Source of the DNA: Thalia democratica
Lineage: Eukaryota
Reading direction: 5' to 3'
Length of the DNA: 64,000 bases
Assembly: GCA_965202585.1 (NCBI GenBank)
Contig: OZ241827.1
Coordinates: 57,970,001 to 58,034,000, forward strand
The translations under genes and the position numbers were made by a program. The notes below the pieces were generated by a model. It was not told the DNA's origin. It did no database searches and saw nothing but the letters and a program-made list of their open reading frames with translations. Shown piece by piece: positions 26,201 through 35,200 of the stretch. Positions within the stretch are counted from its first letter, which is position 1, and every line of letters starts with the position of its first letter.

Positions 26201-29200
26201 ACCCTAGCAACTAGTAAGTCTAATAAATGTTTTTTATTCAAGTGTAAGAAAAAATCTTCAAATATACCTTTTAGTGATGTTCAAAAACTCATTATACATC
26301 AACTAAGCTCACAATAAGGTATCACTAAAACAAAGTTGAAAAATAAGTTTTATCACATTTTCCAATCAATTAAGCAAAAGTTTTATACGCAAGCATAGGT
26401 CATTAAACAAAGTTAAAAATTAAGCTTTGTTGCTTACAGCTAATTGAATTACTATAACGTTTTCTAAATTAAATTAAAGTTTACCTTTATCACATCTGTG
26501 TATTGATCTACCATTTTTAACATTGAAGTTAAAACACTTATTATTTTTGATACATACACGTCATTGAAAATTGACTAATATATAATAATAATCTATAATA
26601 TATTTTTATGACTCTTCAAATATATAAAAATGCTTCAAAAAACATAATTTTACGAAATTATAGAAGTTACTAACCCTTTTTGCAGACTTTGTTACACTCC
26701 ATCACAGTGTTGGGTTGTCGTCTTGTGTCACAATTTATTGTAGGAGTCGCTCTGTTGTCGCATATAATGTACCTATTTCGCACTCCACTACCGCAACTAA
26801 CACTACACTGTTCATTAAATAACATAAATAAAAACATGAGCTAAGGCAATTCGTTATAGTAACTAAAAATTGCTTTATCGTTGGTTAAGTTTATATACTG
26901 AATACAATTGAAGTAACCAAATAATTTGTTTTTTTATATAAAACAGTCTATTTCTTCATTGTATTGAAAAAGTGTTAACTTGATATTTTTTCAATAACTT
27001 TTATTTAGAAATTTTTTCAAGCTTCTTTATCTTTAAAGCTTTTTGTTGCAAAAAAAGCTCAGCCAGCTTACATCGGACCAGTTTCCAACGATCCACTTCG
27101 GGCACTCGAACGTGTTGCACGCTTCAATAGTTTCCGGCTTCACGAAGTTCCCGCACTCCGACTCGTCCTCATGGATCCTGATCACATCTCCGTTGTACTT
27201 CTCCTCCACGCACCTGATCGTCCTCTGCAGCGTCCCGTTCCCGCAACTCACGCTGCAAGCTCCCTTCTCGATCGTCCTCCAGCTACAAAATTAAGTTTTT
27301 AGCGCCACGGAGCGGAAAGATAACATGATTAAGCGTAACAGCATGTATTTTTTTGGCTGTGTTGATTTTAAAGAGCTTTAGCGCGCCCTAGCGGTAAAAG
27401 TAAGCAAGAAATAACTCACGTGTGTATGCTCGAGTATTCGTAGTGTTGTTCTGGGTACTTGTAAAATCTGTTGTGAAAAATTAATAAAAAACTATAGCGT
27501 TAAATTGCCTAAATGTATACTATTTAAAAACATAAAGTAAACAACTAAAATGATAAATATTGATTTTTTTTTTCATAGCACTTAGGCACTTACATAAGGA
27601 TACAGACTTGTTTAAATTTAAATTAAAGAAGATTTTTTTCCTTGGAAAAAATTAATTAATTAAAATTTTAGTTTATTAAAAAAATGCCATTAAATATCTT
27701 TTTTATTTTTTGCATTTTTAACCATTCTAAAAACAAAATTTACTAAAAAAGTTTATTTCTTTTTATAATATACACAAGACAACTATTTTCACCAATCGTT
27801 TAAATGAGGTGTTATAACATTAAAAAACCCTAGCAACTAGTAAGTCTAATAAATGTTTTTTATTCAAGTGTAAAAAAGAAGCTTTAAACTATACTTTCAC
27901 CAACATACCTTGTTCCATTGATTGAGGGGCGCGCTTCCTTGCATAGGGGCAGCACACATTTCACCTTGAGTATTTTCGCCTCACCCAAACCCTCCTCAAT
28001 GCATCTGGTGTCAGGAAATTTTTCAGAGCTGTTCGAAGATTTGCACACTTGCCTCATTTCTTTGTAGCCTGAAATGTATTGAGGTAGTGTAAAAATGTGT
28101 ATATTGACTTAATTTCTTAATTTTAAGTATATAATTTCAGGTAAATTTTCCTTTTTTATTACTAATTGTTAAAGATGTAAAAAAATATTACGTAATTTAA
28201 TCTAAAAACTTTACTATAAGCAATAACTGAGGAAAAGTTACCAACAAATTAATATATTTTTTAACGTGTCCTTATATTGAATTTTTGTTTCAACAGGTTT
28301 TGTGTTTTTCAATAGCAGAAGTTTGGATAAGTTTGTTGAAAGGTTTAAGTATAAACTTAAGTCAATGCTACAGTTAACAAAAAAGTATATAATGTGATTT
28401 CACTTTAGTCAAACTAATCTATTGTTTATGAAATATATTCTGCTTAAATTAAACTAAGTAGTTGACTTGTAGGTTTTATAAGTTCGAACTTAAACTTAAT
28501 TCGAACCACAATAGTTTTATATTATTTTGGTTCACAAACCGCATTGATCATTTGCAACATTTTGTAAAAATAATGTTCTTTAATTGAAACCAAAGACAGA
28601 AATTGAACTGAACTAATTCAGGTTTTTACATTTTAAGCGTTTGATTACTCTTAGAAAATAAATAAATAAAATTCGAATTCTAAACTTACGACAACCTTTT
28701 TTACCGCTAACTATTATGATTTTGAATTGTTTACTAATACGCAGTACTAATTTATTTTAAACTTGGTAATGGATTATAACACCAGACTATTATAAGTTTA
28801 TTAATTGACGCTTTGAATTTTTAGAAAAAAAAAGTGATTAATTTATTACTTAACTTAATTGGTTTTGAGACATTATACTACTTCTAATCTGTTTGAAGGT
28901 TTGCTTGAGTTTTTTATTGAAATTTTTTTAAGTTCTGATGCAGCAAAAATTATGAGTCATGGAAGTCAAGTTGGTTGAAGACTTAATAATATCAATAATT
29001 TTATACAAAAAAAACTAAAGTACTTAGTGACAAAGTAATGTTTTAAAAGTATATTAACTATCTAAACATTCTAAAGCTATGCAAATTAGGCTATAGAATA
29101 AAATCACTTTATACAAATTATAGTGGTCAACATTTTTTTTTAGCTGTATTTATTTTATTGTCCTTATGTGTATAAAACGTTTAAAACTTGTTTAAAACTA

Positions 29201-32200
29201 TATAAAATTACTATCACAATTAAATATCAAAAATTGTATTTGTTTTTATAAAGTGTTTTCTTTACTAAACTCGCTGTGTAAAGATGAGAAGTTTCTACAT
29301 GCACTACAGTGCTCTAAACAAACATTTTTAAACATACTTGTTTGTACAAAGAAAAAATTAATAATATAGAATAAAAAAAATATGTACCTTTTTTATTGGC
29401 TTGTAGAGGTGGTTATTACTGTATTTAAAATTTTAGTCTTTAAGGTAAACAGTCATTAATTATTTTTAAGATTAATAAACTGTTAAAGTATTTATAAGTT
29501 AAAAATTATTCATTATAATTTAAACCAACAGGACCAATTTTAAAAACAACTAGTAAATAATATGATTTTTACAATTTCTAATGATTTTTAAAATGTAGCA
29601 GCTTACCATCGCCGCAAGTGGTTGAACATGGAGCGTGGTTGCCAGTAGCAACGGGCAGCGACCAGATGACGGGTTTAAGTTTGTAGTATTTGTATCTGAT
29701 GGTTCTGGCGCCCTCGTGCGGATGCTTGCATCCCTGAATGAACGGGCACATTCTGTTGACCATCATCGTCTGTCGTTTTACCTACAGTATTTTTAAAATT
29801 TTGATTTAATTTTAATTTTCTTAAAAAAGCTTTGATAATTTACTCAACCTAAAATAGAAAATAAAGACACTGTAGCATAAAAACAATTTGCTTCATTGCA
29901 AGACTCGAGTTTATTGTATTTATTTTTAAATACTTTGTTAGTAGTTTGTAAATGTTAATTTATTTTTATTAAACTTTTTGTAATATAACTTTGATTATTT
30001 TTGAATAAAAAATTCAACATATTTTGTTGTGAGACTGTTAAAACAGTAAGTACAAATAATATTTACAAGTATGAACACAAAATATATTCGTATAGCTCTT
30101 TTTCTACATTTATAAAAAATTATTGACAAAGTTTATTTCTGCCTTTTGTGGGTACACATTTATTAATTTATTTTAGTAGTAAAACTATTTTTATGTGGAC
30201 ATTTTAGTATGAAAATGCATGATAAACTACAATTATGAAATGACACAATCTCGTATTATGCTTGAAAATATTCTTTAAAATGTTGCTATTGTACTGATAA
30301 ATTTACTTCGTAAGGCTTATGGGAGCTTGTACAAAGTATAAATTATTCAATTACTGGTTTTTGTTAGATAATTTTTTTGGCATTTTACATTCAACGTACA
30401 AAATATTTCTACCATTTATTGTCAAGAAACTTGTGCTTTATTTTTTCAAATAACTTGAGATTTTTTGAAATTCTAGCGCGAAATACTTAAAACTAACATA
30501 CCTAAAAAACATATTTTTCATTAACGTTTATAAAGATTTAAAACTTACAAAAAAAAACAATTATTTTACAAAATTCAGGTGATATTTTAATTACCTAAAT
30601 GAAATAGTGTTTATTAAAAATGGAAAAAATATAACGAACATAAATTTAAAAAGTGTGAAAGAAAAAAGTAAAGAGCAAGAACATAATTTTATAAAGTTAC
30701 TTAGTAATACAGCATGCAAACTTACTACAACTTTTGCGTTTTCTTTAATCGGCCCTGCGAGAGAGTAAACAAAGTCGTCCAAATTTGACAGCTCCTCGGC
30801 ATCAGCTAGCGGTTGTTTTGCTTCTTCGTTCACTTCTATCAAGCTGAGGTTTTTCTCCTCAGATACTATATCTGCAATGCAGTTTGTTACGTAAGCCAAA
30901 CATAGTTGTCGTGTATTAGTAAAATCAAGAAGCTTACAATTGTATTGATTGTTTTTTGTTTTGTTAACAGTTACTTATTTATATGGAATTTTTATTACGG
31001 CTAAAAAATATTTTAAGTGAGCATGAATAAACAGCTAATGTACATAACGACAAGAAGCTTAAGTAAAATATCAATTGCACTCGATATAATACTTATGAAT
31101 ATTAAACTAATTTACCGAAGCTAACATCCCCGGAAACTATAATGTTTGTGCTTGATGCTGGGATCTCCGTGATTGTTTCTGAAAATTTGTTAGTTAATTT
31201 GAACTAAAAATTATCAATTATCAATAGTTACCTTTGTATTATTATTTTTTACTTTTTCAAGTAAAAATTTTGTTTTAACAATATGATAGACTTTGATTTA
31301 TACTAGTGACTGTCGTAACAAAATTTTAAAACTATAATAGTTCCTGTCTTTTAAAATTATTTATACTACTTTACACTATATATTAAGCAAATTATCTTAT
31401 ACTTAATACTTATGACTCCTTGTTTAAAAAATACTAGATTTTAATTTTATTAAGTTATAAATGGTTTTGTCAAACCTGTTTAAATTTTTACATATGAGTA
31501 AAATTCTATGCATTATAAAAATAGAAAGTTATTTTATTTTTGTGCCTATTATATTTAATAGCTATGATTTAATAAAAAAAATATTTTCACTTTATTTTGT
31601 CTACTTCAAGACGTTAAAACTGAACTTTTAATGAAGCGATATAACGTATAACTTCATAAAATGATCAATCTTTATATTAAAATTTTTTGTAAATGTCAAT
31701 TGCAGTAACGTCCACAATTTAATACAGATATAGCGTCAGCAAAAGATAAAGTATCAAAATTACTTGAAACCAGGCACATAGCTTGGTACTATGTATTCAA
31801 AAAAACTTGCTTTTATTTTAGCTTGGAAAGACTCTGCTTTCTTAGCTTTAAGTATATAAACAATGAACTTCACCGCACGATCTACAACAACAGCATTTAA
31901 ACTTAGTTATGCACTCCTGAGAGATAATTTCGACATGTATGTATTCTCTAGCATTTTTAGTGTCCTTAAAATTAAAAGAATAAAATGCATCTAAATTGTA
32001 TAAATTTAGCGCATTAAAGATTTAATATGTCAAAAAGCTGCATTGCAAAATTGATTCTAATGGAAACTGTAGCTTTTTCTTCAAAAATAAAAATAAAAAA
32101 TTTTGTTTAACAAAAATTTGCATAATTTAAAGACGTTTATATTGACTACCTTAAATGTTTGATTTTAAAATCAATACAAATGTTTTTGAGTTACATTTTA

Positions 32201-35200
32201 GTTTTCTTATACTTATATTAAAAGCAAGTTTTATAGGTTTACACAAGTGGCAACACATAGAGAGTCATAGGGGGTGTGGAGCAAAATAAAATGCCTTGTA
32301 TATAGTTATCACTCATACTTCAATACTTTATTTTTAAAGAATCAACATAACTGCATATTTTCTTATTAAATTCAATAAAATTAGAGGTGATTTAAATTGC
32401 TGTTTTCCCTTTAGGACGTTTCCCGCGTCATTTCAGATGTTTTAATTTTTTGCAGATACGTAACAGCTACTTCCGTGCTTGGAACTAAAACAAGTAACTA
32501 TTAAAATAGTTAAAATACTACTAGCAATATAAAAAAGTGTAACTTACGATGATTAAGGAGTTGAATACAGTTTAATAGTCTTGTAAACCGATTTAAAATT
32601 AAATTTAAGTATTTTCTAAACGAGCACTTTGCAAAACATTATCAATCATTATGTTGTTTATACTTTTTATACAATTGTAAACACATTAACTTCGCATCAC
32701 TGTCTCTATGATTTAGAAATAACTTCTTTTTTCTACGTTATTATTTAATATAATTTTCAACATTGTTAAGAGATTGAAAGAATTTTCTTTTGATTTGCAA
32801 TTAGATATAGTTCTTTTTTATTTCTCGCAATATCACGCTTTTTTTATAATTCAAAATACATTTTTTTAAAATTCAAAGTTAATTAAATTCATGCAAAACG
32901 TATCATGCATAAATTTTAAAAACATTTCTTTATAACTAAAAAATATATTTAATACTAACGATACATCTTTGTTTTAATTTTCAATGCTGATAAGTAATCT
33001 TTTGACTGTTTTTTTTTGTGAAACTTTTAAATTTATAAAAAACTGCTTTTATAACCTATGTATATAATACCAAGTACTTGCATGTTCTTCAAAGAACAAC
33101 GAGCACAGTTATATAATTTCTTACTATGTACCACTATCGCTTGATGACGTCACAATACCGCTGATCAATCTGCATGAACTTCCGTCTCCTCCGCAAACTC
33201 CGCATTCGTCATAAACTTCTCCTCCGTACAAAACTCCGTCGCATCCCGCTCGCTGTGGAGTATTTTTTTTTTTTTTTTTATGTAATAAAAAGTTTCAATA
33301 GTAATAAATAGCTTGTTATGTTAATTTAATGTAAAAAACAAATTTAGAAACTCATTAAAGATTTCTTTTTACTTTTATGTACTGAATATAGTTTTTTAAA
33401 CTAAAAGCTGAAAAATACAGTAATAATTAAACTTATACTTACTTCCATACTTTAAATTTTCAAAATAAATTTTATACATTTTGCATAATTAATTCATTAA
33501 AAAAAAAGCAACAACCGAAGGTGTAGTAGATCAAAGGTTTCTCATAAATTATAAAATCATGTTTAAAGTATAACTTTGTTAAAGTAAAAAACATCCTGAA
33601 CACAAGTGTTCTTAGCATTTGTTTATGGCTATCAAGTTTCTGTCTGACTCAAGATGACTACAACAGGAAAGTCTTTATCAAAAAAAGTAGAACATACAAC
33701 CAAAAGTATCTGGTTATGCTATATTTTAACAACTTGCGCAAATACTATTGTTTGAACAGCATTCGGTATTGTTTAGTTAGAATTACTCAAAAACAGCTTC
33801 TTTCTAAACTGTTCTTTTTTCTCACTGTATTTTTTACACAATGTTTTCAGCTACTACTGAAGTTATACACAAGAGTAATCGCGTTTTGTGATTACAAAAC
33901 GAAAAACCATGAAATCGGTATGTATGATAAACACACACCAGTAAAATTTATTTTTGCTGTTCCCAACTTGGCTATGGCTTATTCTGATTAATTTAATTTC
34001 GACCTCTGTAACACGTTTTAAACCGTGTTAAAGCGAAAAAAATCTCAACTCATTGCAATTGTTTCTGAATTTCCGCTAAAATAACTTCAGTTCACGACTT
34101 AATAAAGCAAACATTTACATTAACAAATCACATATGCAGACCACATAGACATGTAAATTGCAAAATAACATGATTATTATCGCATTTATGTTAAACAAAT
34201 GATTTAGCAAACGAGCCAAAAAAATTTTGTTTCAATTACAGTTTTTCTTTTTGTTTTTTTTTTAATTTTTGCTTAGAACCAAGTTTTCCTTTTCATCATT
34301 TGTTTAAAATCGTAAACTACTCCAACTCTTTATTCATAATTTTATAAGCATAATGATAAAGTAATGTGTTATTTTATACTTTGTGAACCATATAAGGTGA
34401 ATGAATTATATGACAAAAAAGTTAATGATGGGAACAATAATCACGTGAATGATGCGATTTATTACATTTTCAATTTTCACTAACCAAGATACACGCAATC
34501 TCTTTATGAACGCTGTATTGTTGCTCATTATACGCAACCACAGCTTTTTTGTTTTAAACAACCAAAAGAACAAAAAAATCAAACAATGGAGATTACAGTT
34601 GTCAAGTTTATTTAAAGCTAGAAGCACAAAGCAGGCTAATTAAACTGACGAAATTATCGACAGAATTAAAAAATTCCGAACGGTATTTTATTGAAGAGAG
34701 CTGGATTTTTTTGCTTGGAAAAAATCCTCAAATATTTCTCAACTTGACCTCAACCGACCCAACTTGATATAAAAAGACGAACTTTTCGTTTCAAGTGCGC
34801 AAGGAAATCCCAGCATTTTATAACAAACTGTTTTCATAATTGACAAAGCACTAAATGCCAAAGGAGAAAATGTGAGCTTAGTACTCCGTCTAATCTAGAC
34901 AACTGAAAATTCAATGGAAGTTTGTTGGTGTCCGTGATGAGACTGATTAAAAAACTCGTTTATTTTTATACTGTTTCACATTCAAGAAAAAAACAAACCA
35001 TACAATTGTTTAAAACATGATTTTTATACGTTGTTTAATGTTGTGATGAGAAGCGTTTTTGAAACTTTATTAAAATATATTTATGTAAAGAAAATATTAA
35101 AGCCTATCTTTAAGTATTAAATTTATTTGTTCTACTTATTTATCTTCTCACTTTGCATTTTCCTTCGATGCAAACCCCGAAACTCTTTTTCGCCTGGCAA

